Source: a virus
DNA: 64,000 bases
Reading direction: 5' to 3' (one strand)
Virus record (IMG/VR): IMGVR_UViG_3300005573_000057
Coordinates: 76,450-140,449 of that record
Part shown: in pieces, positions 36,606-46,335 of the stretch
How positions within the stretch are numbered: position 1 is the stretch's first letter
How the letters are laid out: each line of letters starts with the position of its first letter
Made by a program: the position numbers and the translations under genes
Notes under the pieces: model-generated
Seen by the model: the letters and a program-made list of their open reading frames with translations, nothing else
Databases searched by the model: none
Told to the model about the DNA's origin: nothing

Positions 36606-37684
36606 AGGTCGCCATTCTAGGGGATCTTCATTTTGGGGCCAGTGGCGATTCGGCTCGGATGCACGCTTACCAAAAGCGCTTTTTTGAGGAATGCCTTTTC
36701 CCTACTCTCAAAGAACGCAACGTTGAGCACATCTTTCAGCTAGGGGATGTGTTTGATCGACGGAAGTTCATCAATTACTATACGATGGCAATGTCGTATC
36801 AGAACTTCTTTCATCCTCTTGAGAAAAATGGCTTGAGGATGATTACGATTGTTGGCAATCACGATATGTTCTGGAAAGACGATATGAGCATCAATTCTCA
36901 TTCGCTCTTGTTGTCTGATTACAAGAATATTCAGTCAATCTCCAAGCCAACAGTGATCAATGTAAAGGGTTGTCGATTCGCCTTTGTTCCGTGGATTTGC
37001 AAAAGCAATCAAGCAGAAGTGACAGAATTCCTCAAAAATTGCAACGCTGATGTATGCATGGGCCACTTTGAAATCGAAGGATTTTCGATGAACAAAGGGA
37101 GTGCTCCTGGAAGTGGTTTGTCTCCGAAGGTTTTTGAACGGTTCGATCATACGTTTTCTGGTCACTACCATACTCACTCAATCCAAGACAACATCATCTA
37201 TACTGGCACCCCTTATGAGTTGACGTGGATTGATGCTGATGATCCCAAGTGTTTTTTCATCTATGACACGGATGCCCGTACTTACGAAAAGATCATCAAC
37301 CCCTTTACATTGTTTGAAAACTTGTGGTACAATCCAGCATTAGATACAAAAATGTATCTTAAACAAGAACTCGAAGGAAAGTATGTAAAACTTCATATCG
37401 CTTCTGATGCTCCAGTGACAGACTGGAACCACTTCAACAAATGTGTCTCGGAAATTACGGATTCGGCACCTTCTGAACTGAAAGTGTCGGATCACTCTGT
37501 TGTAAAGTCTTCTGAACAAGCTTCCGAAGATGTAGATGATGCAACCAACGTTCTCAGTGCAATCAAAACGAACATTGATATGGTTGTATCTGACGATGCT
37601 ATTCGATCTGATTTGTTTTCTTACATGAACGGCGTATACGAAACCGCACTCGAAACAATCGTTGACAAAGATGGTGGCCTGTGA
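36602..37684 (+). CDS. 47: Mre11-like recombination nuclease gp47
   Basis: GDLHFG, GDVFDRRK, GNHD, GHFE, SGHYH. Confidence 0.95.
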   Translation: MKVAILGDLHFGASGDSARMHAYQKRFFEECLFPTLKERNVEHIFQLGDVFDRRKFINYYTMAMSYQNFFHPLEKNGLRMITIVGNHDMFWKDDMSINSHSLLLSDYKNIQSISKPTVINVKGCRFAFVPWICKSNQAEVTEFLKNCNADVCMGHFEIEGFSMNKGSAPGSGLSPKVFERFDHTFSGHYHTHSIQDNIIYTGTPYELTWIDADDPKCFFIYDTDARTYEKIINPFTLFENLWYNPALDTKMYLKQELEGKYVKLHIASDAPVTDWNHFNKCVSEITDSAPSELKVSDHSVVKSSEQASEDVDDATNVLSAIKTNIDMVVSDDAIRSDLFSYMNGVYETALETIVDKDGGL

Positions 37685-39393
37685 AATTTCATAAAATCGA
37701 ATTCAAGAATTTTTTATCCTATGGCGCTGCACCTACTGTCATCAATCTTGACTATGATGGAATTACGTGCATTGTGGGTCGCAATGGTGCTGGAAAATCC
37801 TCTATACTTGAAGCTATCTGTTTTGCTTTGTTCGGTAAAGCGTATCGAGCAATCAACAAAGGCGATCTGGTCAATACGGTCAACAAAAAAGAAAGCCTAG
37901 TCACTCTCTATTTGAGTCACAAGGGGCACGATTACCGCATTGTGCGTGGCATGTCGCCAAACGTCTTTGAAATTTATGACAATGATGTTTTGATTCCGAT
38001 TCCCCCCGATGTGCGCGAATATCAGAACAAGTTGCAAGCGTTGTTGCGAATCAACTACAAAAACTTTACCCAGAGTATTTTTATCGGGAATGCAGGATTT
38101 ACACCGTTTATTCAACTAAGTGCCGCTGAACGAAGGAAAGTTGTTGATAATCTTCTTGATATTGATGTGCTTGGCGTAATGCTAACCAACGTCACAAAGG
38201 ATCTATCAGCAACGGTTACACGCATTGCCGAATCGAAAAACACTATTGTAAAGAACAAGATCGAAGTTGATGGATACCAACAAGTCATTGATGTAATCAA
38301 GAATCAACAAACTTCCTTGGTCAATGAACTCGACTCCAAGATCGAATCTTTGGATGCTGAAATAGCATCTTTGGGAGGGCGCCTAGATGGGCATACAACG
38401 GCTTTGCAGATTGCCAAGGATGGGTTGGCCTTGGTTGATAAACAAATCGAATCCGAAGTATCTGGAAAGACTGCCGAAATCAACAAACTCAAGTGGGAAA
38501 TTCAGCAATTCAAAGTGTCCATCGAAAAGATGGGAACCGATACAATTTGCCCACACTGCTATCAATCCGTATCGGAAGAACATCGGCAAAAAGTTAGGGA
38601 TGGGTTCGAATCGTCTTTGAATGAGTTGACACCAAAATTGAAGTTGTTGACCAAAGAACGTGATGAAAAAGAGTTCGAGTATGCAGAAAAGCGCAAAGAA
38701 TTTGAAGCAACGGTAACAGCAGAAAGATCGGAAATTTCTACCATCAATGGCATCATAGCTGAAAAAAAGAAAACAAAATCTGGTCTTCTTGAAGAAAAGA
38801 AAAAAGCGTCCTCGAACAACTCGGAGTTGCTGGAAGATACAAAAAAGAAGATGAAGGATGTGATTGATCGTACCAACGCAATATTGAAAGAACGAAAGAA
38901 AGACATTCAATTGCAAGGCATTCAAGAACAAGCCCAACAACTCTTACGAGACAGTGGCATCAAAAGCTACATTATCGGAAAATACCTTCCTATGATCAAT
39001 AACAGCATCAATGAACGCCTTGATGCAATGGAGTTCCCTGCTACATTCGCATTCGACAACGAATTCAAGGAACGGATCTTTATTCGACGCCGTGACGATG
39101 TTTCATATTTTTCTTTGAGTCAGGGCGAACGCCAGCGCGTTGATATGGCGATCCTTTTTACTCTCAGACATATCGCGGCACGCATTCATGGTGCAGATTC
39201 TAATTTGTTGATTCTGGATGAAACTTTTGATAGTTCATTGGACGATACAGCGTGCAACTATCTACTTAAACACCTCAAAGAACACGAAAAATCTGTGGTG
39301 ATCATTACCCATAACGATTCTGTTGCAGAACAAGCAGACCGACTTTTGACAGTCAAAAAGAACGGCAACTTTAGCGAGATTAAAATTGAATAA
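37681..39393 (+). CDS. 46: Rad50-like ATPase gp46
   Basis: GRNGAGKS, coiled coil, CPHC hook, LSQGE, LILDE.FDSSLD. Confidence 0.95.
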   Translation: MKFHKIEFKNFLSYGAAPTVINLDYDGITCIVGRNGAGKSSILEAICFALFGKAYRAINKGDLVNTVNKKESLVTLYLSHKGHDYRIVRGMSPNVFEIYDNDVLIPIPPDVREYQNKLQALLRINYKNFTQSIFIGNAGFTPFIQLSAAERRKVVDNLLDIDVLGVMLTNVTKDLSATVTRIAESKNTIVKNKIEVDGYQQVIDVIKNQQTSLVNELDSKIESLDAEIASLGGRLDGHTTALQIAKDGLALVDKQIESEVSGKTAEINKLKWEIQQFKVSIEKMGTDTICPHCYQSVSEEHRQKVRDGFESSLNELTPKLKLLTKERDEKEFEYAEKRKEFEATVTAERSEISTINGIIAEKKKTKSGLLEEKKKASSNNSELLEDTKKKMKDVIDRTNAILKERKKDIQLQGIQEQAQQLLRDSGIKSYIIGKYLPMINNSINERLDAMEFPATFAFDNEFKERIFIRRRDDVSYFSLSQGERQRVDMAILFTLRHIAARIHGADSNLLILDETFDSSLDDTACNYLLKHLKEHEKSVVIITHNDSVAEQADRLLTVKKNGNFSEIKIE

Positions 39394-40393
39394 AAAAACT
39401 ATTTTGCTTCATCCAGCAGATGAACAAGGATGCGGAAATTATCGAGTTATTCAGCGCGGAGTGATGTGGAACACGCACTATGCGCCAACCAACGACTTTT
39501 TCTGTAAACAGTCTTTTCATTATTTGAACAGAGAAACTCTGTTGACAGAAAATGTAAAAATTGCTTTTTATCAAAGACAAAATACGGTAGAACAAGTTAA
39601 ACACATCGAATTCTACAAAGATATGGGAATTCGGCTAATCAATGATACAGACGATCTTTTGTGGAAGATTCCGCCGTCTAATCCGGTCAAAAGTGCATAT
39701 GGGGTAGAAGCAGTCAAATCATTGAAACGGTCAATGCAACTCGCTGATATAAACACAGCTAGTACGATTCCGCTTGCTCAAGAAATCAAGCGATTTTCTG
39801 GAAATAGTAGCATCGTCATTCCAAATTTTGTGTTTCCCAACTTTTTTGTTAAAGAACCAAAGCGGCGATTGCCGGATAAAAAGTTTGTTGTTGTATGGGC
39901 CGGGTCTCAAACTCATGATGAAGATTTGTCACCGCTGTTTCAAGTTGCCGCAGAAATGAATGATATTGAGTTTCGTATCATTGGATACAAGCCCAAAGGA
40001 TTCAGAGAAGTTTCGAACATTGTTTATGTTTCGGGTGTATCATTCGTTGATTATGACGCTCTTTTGAAAATAGCTACTGCTGATGCATCACTGGCTCTTG
40101 CTCCTTTACATCCATCACTTTTCAATGAGTGTAAAAGCAATTTGAAACTTTTAGAGTATGGTTCTCAAGGATTGCCAGTTATTTCATCGGACATTTACCC
40201 ATATCAAGACAACCCGTATCGAGTTGAATGGAACAAAAAACAATGGAAAAAATGGGTAGACCTGATTCGATTTTTCAAAGATAACGAAGAAGAACGGTTC
40301 AAAGCCGCCGAAGCATCACTTGCTTATGCAAGGAAATTTGCTGCTGATCATCCCGACAATCTACAGCAACTCAAAAACCTTTTTTCACTTTAG
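39386..40393 (+). CDS. GT-B glycosyltransferase
   Basis: GCG.YR, DTDD, WAGS.TH..D, APL...FN.CKSNLKLLEY. Confidence 0.85.
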   Translation: MNKKTILLHPADEQGCGNYRVIQRGVMWNTHYAPTNDFFCKQSFHYLNRETLLTENVKIAFYQRQNTVEQVKHIEFYKDMGIRLINDTDDLLWKIPPSNPVKSAYGVEAVKSLKRSMQLADINTASTIPLAQEIKRFSGNSSIVIPNFVFPNFFVKEPKRRLPDKKFVVVWAGSQTHDEDLSPLFQVAAEMNDIEFRIIGYKPKGFREVSNIVYVSGVSFVDYDALLKIATADASLALAPLHPSLFNECKSNLKLLEYGSQGLPVISSDIYPYQDNPYRVEWNKKQWKKWVDLIRFFKDNEEERFKAAEASLAYARKFAADHPDNLQQLKNLFSL

Positions 40394-40403
40394 GATACAT
40401 ATC

Positions 40404-40844
40404 ATGGAAAATCAACAAAACGAAGAACTTCAAGCAGATCTTTCAATGGAAGATTTTTGGAAAACTGCCGTGTTCGCTGCCGAAACTTGTCACAATGTCA
40501 ATCGTGTGTATTGTCAATCCTTGGGCGATTATAGCCAACCGACATGGGATGATGCTGACGATGAAACTAAAGCCACTGCAATCACTGTAGTAGTAAGCAT
40601 TGTAACTCATGGCCGGGATGCAAGCCCTCAAAAGTCCCATGAATCGTGGATGAATTCCAAGAAACTTGATGGATGGGTCTATGGCGAAGTCAAGGATGCA
40701 AAAAAGAAAACACATCCTTGCATGGTTCCCTACAGTGAACTTCCTCCTGAGCAAAAGTTCAAAGACGAACTTTTCTACACGATTGTTCGCACGTTTTTTC
40801 CATTGAGCAAAGAAGTAGAGGAAAGTCGCATCATCACGCTCTGA
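40404..40844 (+). CDS. RyR-domain protein
   Basis: HESWM..K..DGWVYG..KD..KKTHPCMVPY.ELP.EQ..KD. Confidence 0.9.
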   Translation: MENQQNEELQADLSMEDFWKTAVFAAETCHNVNRVYCQSLGDYSQPTWDDADDETKATAITVVVSIVTHGRDASPQKSHESWMNSKKLDGWVYGEVKDAKKKTHPCMVPYSELPPEQKFKDELFYTIVRTFFPLSKEVEESRIITL

Positions 40845-40861
40845 ATAGGTTTTCTAACTAC

Positions 40862-41284
40862 ATGATGGAAAAAACATTCAAAAAATATCTACAAGAAATG
40901 TCACGGAGCACAGCGCGGGGTGTCGAAGCGCAATTGAACGCCATTGTTGCCGACACTCCGTTTGACATTGTGTTCACGAACCATTTTTATGATCGTCTGG
41001 AAGGACGAGAAGATTCGGTGACGCCCGCCGAACTGGTTTCATCTTTCGAAAAGTTCTTTCGGAAGTTTCACGAAACTCTTACAACGATGGTGGGTAAGAC
41101 ACATGCCGAAATTGCTGTGATCCTCAAAGATTATGCATCCAAGCTGAACATTCCTCTGGAAATTGAAGCCGGTAAAAAGGATAGCATGGGCAAATACACC
41201 ATCCTTGGAATTACGATCATGCGCAAGAATCCCCGCGAGTTCCGTAGTAGCGGGAGAAGTGAAAAGCAGTTCGATGTGTATTGA
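40862..41284 (+). CDS. Putative internal head protein with capsid-targeting N-terminus
   Basis: MEKTFKKYLQE; FT.HF.DR...R and TIMRK motifs. Confidence 0.65.
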   Translation: MMEKTFKKYLQEMSRSTARGVEAQLNAIVADTPFDIVFTNHFYDRLEGREDSVTPAELVSSFEKFFRKFHETLTTMVGKTHAEIAVILKDYASKLNIPLEIEAGKKDSMGKYTILGITIMRKNPREFRSSGRSEKQFDVY

Positions 41285-41287
41285 AAG

Positions 41288-41965
41288 ATGAAACCAAAAA
41301 TCATCTTTTTTGTTCCTGGTGCCTTTTCTGGGCAAGAATCGTTCAACTTCATTCGGCAAAACCTTGCGATTTCGTTCACAGAACCTGTTGTCACTTTTTC
41401 CTACGACATAACCGAAGAACCTCTCGAAACGATTGTTACTCGATTGGTCAAAGAAACTCAGAAGATCGACAAAGAAAAGTATGATGTGGTGATCATTGGT
41501 CACAGCTACGGTGGCTTGATTGGGAGGCTGGCTTGTTTACAATTTGCTTCTGCAAGGGAACTTATCACGATCAATTCACCGCATCATGGTTTCCCAGCCT
41601 ATTCGTACAATTCGTTTTTGTTCCCCATTTCAAACATGATGTTTTACCAAAACACCAATGAATACAACGAGTTGATCAAGTTCAATGGGCGTTGTTCATT
41701 ACCAGAAGGGATACGCCATCTAAATATTACAGGAGACCGTGGGGTTGATTCTTGGTTTTTCAATACAAACGAGAACGATACTGTCGTTCCTTGTAAGTCA
41801 CAAACATTGGTTACAAATAGAGTTCATTGGTATTCGTGTGAAGAATGGTTTGAAAAATCCTGTCCTGTTCATGATTTGGTGGAGATTTGTTTCCATTTGA
41901 ATCATTTTGAAGTTCTTTTAGCAGAGAACGTGTGTAAATCTATCGGTATATTTTTAGGAGTCTAA
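41288..41965 (+). CDS. Alpha/beta hydrolase (lipase/esterase-like)
   Basis: FVPG, GHSYGG, TINSPHHG, ND.VVP, NH. Confidence 0.85.
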   Translation: MKPKIIFFVPGAFSGQESFNFIRQNLAISFTEPVVTFSYDITEEPLETIVTRLVKETQKIDKEKYDVVIIGHSYGGLIGRLACLQFASARELITINSPHHGFPAYSYNSFLFPISNMMFYQNTNEYNELIKFNGRCSLPEGIRHLNITGDRGVDSWFFNTNENDTVVPCKSQTLVTNRVHWYSCEEWFEKSCPVHDLVEICFHLNHFEVLLAENVCKSIGIFLGV

Positions 41966-41966
41966 G

Positions 41967-42152
41967 ATGACCAATATCAAAGCGTTTTTTAAGTTGACTG
42001 TTCCGGGTCATGAAGAAATCGAAATCCCATTCGAGGATGCCGAAGTTCTTTACGGTCAACTCAAAGATATTTTTGGAGCAAAATACACGTTTCCAATGGA
42101 TAAACCCATCCCCCGTCCGTTTGGCCCCGAAGATTACAAGGTTACTTGCTGA
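41967..42152 (+). CDS. Small hypothetical protein
   Basis: AGGAG RBS. Confidence 0.55.
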   Translation: MTNIKAFFKLTVPGHEEIEIPFEDAEVLYGQLKDIFGAKYTFPMDKPIPRPFGPEDYKVTC

Positions 42153-42173
42153 ATAGCACTATTGCAGATAAAG

Positions 42174-42195
42174 GCCCCTTAATTGGGGCTTTTTT
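42174..42195 (+). terminator. Rho-independent terminator
   Basis: GCCCC-TTAATT-GGGGC-TTTTTT. Confidence 0.8.
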
Positions 42196-42250
42196 GTGGG
42201 CGCTTTCTTTGTACTCTAAATACTGAATAGACCTTCCAGATTTCATACCA

Positions 42251-42892
42251 ATGCAAACATTCAAACAATATTTGAGCGAAGAAGATCAGAATTTGGCCAG
42301 CATAGCCACGACTATTAACCGATGGTTCAAAGGGTACTACATGAACGCGCCTTTGACTTCATCTGATGAAGACACTATGATCAATGCCTTCCGTGAAGCC
42401 ATAAAACTCATTCCTAACCCTTCTCGTCCACCGTCTAATACCCTGTATAGGGTGTTTCCTGATCGTGAGTTTAAGACCCTCCTAGACGCCGAAACGAACA
42501 AGAAGCTTGATGCTTTGAAGCCGGGACAGTTCGGAGCCTATGAAAAAATCGTGAACGACGCATTGGATGGTCGTAATGTCTCACTTAACACAGGCTTAAA
42601 AAACATTCAATCATGGTCTGATTCGCAAGATGCCGCAAAACGTGTCTATGAGGAAATTGAAGACCATCGAGTTCCTTACGTCTTGGCTCAGAGTTCGTTC
42701 AGTAATAGTGAAATTCTGTTTTATTACAAAAACATAAACGAGTTTCTTAAAGCAACTTTTAACAATCTTGGAATTACCAGTGCTATCCGCAACTCTTTGG
42801 ATAACTTGAGTTATATTTTTGCCTATCAGAAAGAAGTTGTTGTCGATACCCGCAACCCACGTCCAGTCAAGATCCTGTCATTTTTCTATTGA
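42251..42892 (+). CDS. Putative internal head protein, ADP-ribosyltransferase-like (R-S-E)
   Basis: MQTFKQYLSE; TLYRV, IQSWSDS, YQKEVVV. Confidence 0.6.
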   Translation: MQTFKQYLSEEDQNLASIATTINRWFKGYYMNAPLTSSDEDTMINAFREAIKLIPNPSRPPSNTLYRVFPDREFKTLLDAETNKKLDALKPGQFGAYEKIVNDALDGRNVSLNTGLKNIQSWSDSQDAAKRVYEEIEDHRVPYVLAQSSFSNSEILFYYKNINEFLKATFNNLGITSAIRNSLDNLSYIFAYQKEVVVDTRNPRPVKILSFFY

Positions 42893-42895
42893 TCT

Positions 42896-43594
42896 ATGAA
42901 AACATTCAAAGAATACTTGTTGGAAGCAACAACTGTTGTACAACAAGATGCAACCCCCTATGTCAATGCTGTTGCTCTATTGCGAAAATGGTTTGATGGT
43001 GATTATATGGCAATGGATCAGTCAACCTTTAGTTCGAGTCAACAAAAACTGGTCGATGCATTCAAGTTGTTTACAGACTATATCAAACCAGCAAATTTCG
43101 GCCCATCGACTTTGTATCGCGTCTTTCCAGAAGATCATTTGAAACAGTTTCTATCAGACAGTGATGTCAAGAAGTCCGAATCTTACACACAAGGAGACAA
43201 AAAAAGATTTTACAATGCGGTTCTCAAAGGAAAGAACGTCGATTTATCAACTGGAATCAAAGAAATCCAAAGTTGGACTGAATCTTTGAGTTCGGTAAAA
43301 ACTTTTCACCGAGATATTCATTTTCATCAAAAACAACATGAATGGTTTTTTCTTGTTAAAAGTTCATTTTCTGATAGCGAAAAACTATTCTACTATGGTA
43401 TGTTTACACCAATTATAGATAAACTTAACGATTTTGATTACACTACTACAAAACTCAATCAGAAATGGCATGATGTTTTATTCGATTTTATTTATTTAAG
43501 ACAGTCATATGAAAACCAAAAGGAAACAGTAGTTGATACCCATCAACCAAGAGAAGTTGAAATTCTTGAGGTTACTAATCCCCTTCACGCATGA
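42896..43594 (+). CDS. Paralog of the previous gene, ART-like internal head protein
   Basis: MKTFKEYLLE; TLYRV, IQSWTES, NQKETVV. Confidence 0.6.
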   Translation: MKTFKEYLLEATTVVQQDATPYVNAVALLRKWFDGDYMAMDQSTFSSSQQKLVDAFKLFTDYIKPANFGPSTLYRVFPEDHLKQFLSDSDVKKSESYTQGDKKRFYNAVLKGKNVDLSTGIKEIQSWTESLSSVKTFHRDIHFHQKQHEWFFLVKSSFSDSEKLFYYGMFTPIIDKLNDFDYTTTKLNQKWHDVLFDFIYLRQSYENQKETVVDTHQPREVEILEVTNPLHA

Positions 43595-44370
43595 AAACAT
43601 TCAAAGAATATCTTAACGAAAATAGCGGGTTGATCACTACTTCTCTTGACGAAGATCCAGAGAAGTTTCTGAATACCTATTGCAAAGCGTTTGCTAAAAG
43701 TGATGTTCCGTTGTTGTATCGGGGAAGTAGTCATTTGTACGAAGTCGGAAAAGAAAACCTTAAAAGGAATCGTCTGACTTTTTTGGATGCAACATCTTCT
43801 TATCGAGAATCGAAATCAGGCCCAAACTACAATACGATGATTCTTGATTATCTGTTCAAAACCAAATTTCCTCAATTTCCTTTACGTTCAAAAAGTTTGA
43901 TTGCTACGACTGACATTTCTTATTGTAAAACTTTTGGCCCAAGAAACCTGATTATTCCGTTTGATGACGACAAGCTTGGTTGTGTAAATGATGGTGATAT
44001 ATGGTTTGTTAGATTGAATTTTACCGAATCTGTAACTTTCTTAAACTTTTTTCGGGCGCTTACCGCAGCATCTTCTGATTACAGACTACCAACTGATAAT
44101 ATTGATGAATTTTTTGCTGCTCTAGACAAGGGAATCAAAGAAGACAAGTTCACAAACCCGTATATTCCAATCGTGATTCCAACAAAGGCCAAGATCATTG
44201 CAGCCTTTACAGAAGTGATTGAGAACAAATTTAGAGCATGTAAACCGGCATCCTTCGATAATCCGGGCGAAGTATGGTTTGGGCCAAAAGCTGTCGCTGT
44301 CCCTTTTAACAATTCATTTGATTACGCATACATTGAAAGAAAAAATGGAAAGTGGGTTATCAACCAATAA
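43591..44370 (+). CDS. Putative internal head protein, ART-like
   Basis: MKTFKEYLNE; LLYRG, RSKSLIATT, GEVWF. Confidence 0.5.
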   Translation: MKTFKEYLNENSGLITTSLDEDPEKFLNTYCKAFAKSDVPLLYRGSSHLYEVGKENLKRNRLTFLDATSSYRESKSGPNYNTMILDYLFKTKFPQFPLRSKSLIATTDISYCKTFGPRNLIIPFDDDKLGCVNDGDIWFVRLNFTESVTFLNFFRALTAASSDYRLPTDNIDEFFAALDKGIKEDKFTNPYIPIVIPTKAKIIAAFTEVIENKFRACKPASFDNPGEVWFGPKAVAVPFNNSFDYAYIERKNGKWVINQ

Positions 44371-44377
44371 AACTAAT

Positions 44378-45109
44378 ATGAAAACATTCAAACAGTACAT
44401 AGAAGAATCTATCAATGACCGTGGAATTTTCAAGGCGGTCTTTGTCATTGGTATCCCCGGTGCTGGGAAGTCCTATGTTGTCAACCAACTTGGCGGTATT
44501 GGTGCCAAAGTTGTCAATACAGATCGAGCAACAGAGTTTTTAACCAAACTACTCCATACTCCGTCAACCGATGATAACTGGTCTACATTTCGAGATCGGT
44601 CTTACAAGATTACCCGCGAGTATCTAGTACAGTATGTCAACGGGATGCTTCCTCTTTTTGTGGATGGAACATCCAATGATGTATCGAACATTCTGAATCG
44701 TCAGGGGATTTTGGAATCTGTTGGTTATGATGTAGGGATCGTTCATGTCAAGACCTCTTTGGATGTTGCACTACGCAGGGCAGACGAACGCGGGAAGAAG
44801 ATCAACCGAACAGTGTCCCCGGATTTTATCAAGCAAGTCTATAATATTTCTGAACAAAATGCTAACTACTTGGAAGGGAAGGTTAAGTTTTTTAGGACAA
44901 TCAACAACGATTCTGATGAACTTGGCGATTCGGAAATCAACAAGGCGTTTGGATCTGTGGAATCGTTTTATGGTCAACCAGTAGAAAACGTGGTTGGTCA
45001 ACGCAACATTCAAAAACTCAAACAAGACCATCAGAAGTATCTGGTTCCTACCATTTTTTCAATGGATGAAATTCAACGCAAGATAGACAGTTGGTATCGA
45101 ACAGCATGA
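44378..45109 (+). CDS. P-loop kinase (AAA_33/zeta-toxin-like) with capsid-targeting N-terminus
   Basis: MKTFKQYIEE; GIPGAGKS, VNTD, FVDGT, GY.V....V.T..D.A..R...R. Confidence 0.8.
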   Translation: MKTFKQYIEESINDRGIFKAVFVIGIPGAGKSYVVNQLGGIGAKVVNTDRATEFLTKLLHTPSTDDNWSTFRDRSYKITREYLVQYVNGMLPLFVDGTSNDVSNILNRQGILESVGYDVGIVHVKTSLDVALRRADERGKKINRTVSPDFIKQVYNISEQNANYLEGKVKFFRTINNDSDELGDSEINKAFGSVESFYGQPVENVVGQRNIQKLKQDHQKYLVPTIFSMDEIQRKIDSWYRTA

Positions 45110-45930
45110 TCACATTCAAACAGTACCTTAACGAAGCTATTGTATCTTTTGGTAACAATCCAAAAGGACAAGTTGTTATTCTTGCCGGTGGCGCTGGATC
45201 TGGAAAGGGGTTCATTCTACAGTATGGAATCGACATTGATGGTAAACACATTGATACGGATGAAATAAAAAGTTTGGCTTTGCGCTGGCCTCAATTACAA
45301 GATGCCGTCAAAGAAAAAACCGGCATAGACATTCAAAAACTAGATCTTCGCAACCCATCCAATACGGAACAACTCCACGATATTATGAAAAAAATGGGAT
45401 GGTATGATGATCGTCTTTTGAATCTCATGGCAAGCATTGCTGCTGGTAATCCAGAAAACCGGCCAAATTTGATTTTTGATGTTACCTTGCAAAATTTTTC
45501 TAAACTTGAAACATTGTGTGATGATGTTAAATCTGTTGGGTATTCACCGCGTAACATCAATATAGTATGGGTGTTGGATAGTGTGAAAATGTCGATTCAA
45601 AAGAACCTTTCTAGGGACAGGGTTGTTCCGACTGACATTTTGGTTAAAACACACGAAGGAGCAAGCCAAACGATGCGCGAAGTTTTAGACGACTATGATC
45701 GTGTGAAGCAATATGCCGATGGTTACTACTACATCGTGTTCAATGCTGTTGGAATTGATAATAATGTTTACCATGACTCAACAAAAGGAATTTTTGTAGA
45801 TGTAAAAGGCAGACTTTTGATCAAAACTCCCGGAAATGGGATTGATCAAAGTAAATTGACAAAGGAAGTGGTCGAAAAGATCAAATCATACGTCCCCAAC
45901 CCTGATATTTGGAAAGACACCCAAACTTAA
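45106..45930 (+). CDS. P-loop kinase (zeta-toxin-like) with capsid-targeting N-terminus
   Basis: MITFKQYLNE; GGAGSGKG, IDTD, IFDVT, N..RDR.VP..IL..TH. Confidence 0.8.
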   Translation: MITFKQYLNEAIVSFGNNPKGQVVILAGGAGSGKGFILQYGIDIDGKHIDTDEIKSLALRWPQLQDAVKEKTGIDIQKLDLRNPSNTEQLHDIMKKMGWYDDRLLNLMASIAAGNPENRPNLIFDVTLQNFSKLETLCDDVKSVGYSPRNINIVWVLDSVKMSIQKNLSRDRVVPTDILVKTHEGASQTMREVLDDYDRVKQYADGYYYIVFNAVGIDNNVYHDSTKGIFVDVKGRLLIKTPGNGIDQSKLTKEVVEKIKSYVPNPDIWKDTQT

Positions 45931-45935
45931 AAATT

Positions 45936-46331
45936 ATGGCACTCGCAACAGAAGTCAATTGGATCGACGTATCCTTATCCTTCCAGCCTATTCCGGGTTC
46001 GGGAGACATTGGAGTTAAGAAGAACGAAGAAGCCATCAAAGGGGCTATTCGGAATCTTGTGTTGCGTTCTCACTATGAAGTTCCGTTCCATAGTGAAGAA
46101 GGTTCTGATGCTGCAAACATCTTGTTTGAGACCTTCAACCCGGTTTCACTCACAGCGATGCGTGATTCTTTAATTCGACTTTTGAGTACATACGAGCCTC
46201 GGGCGTTTGTGAACGATGTTCAAATTCTCACAAATCCCGATAATAACTACATTATAGTAACGATCATTTTCACCCCGATCAATTCAAACAATCAGGTAAC
46301 GGTAACAGTTCCGCTAAAACGCACCCGGTAA
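45936..46331 (+). CDS. 25: Baseplate wedge subunit gp25
   Basis: D..LSF..P, AIK.AIRNL, E.PF, LFE, YEPR. Confidence 0.9.
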   Translation: MALATEVNWIDVSLSFQPIPGSGDIGVKKNEEAIKGAIRNLVLRSHYEVPFHSEEGSDAANILFETFNPVSLTAMRDSLIRLLSTYEPRAFVNDVQILTNPDNNYIIVTIIFTPINSNNQVTVTVPLKRTR

Positions 46332-46335
46332 AGCA

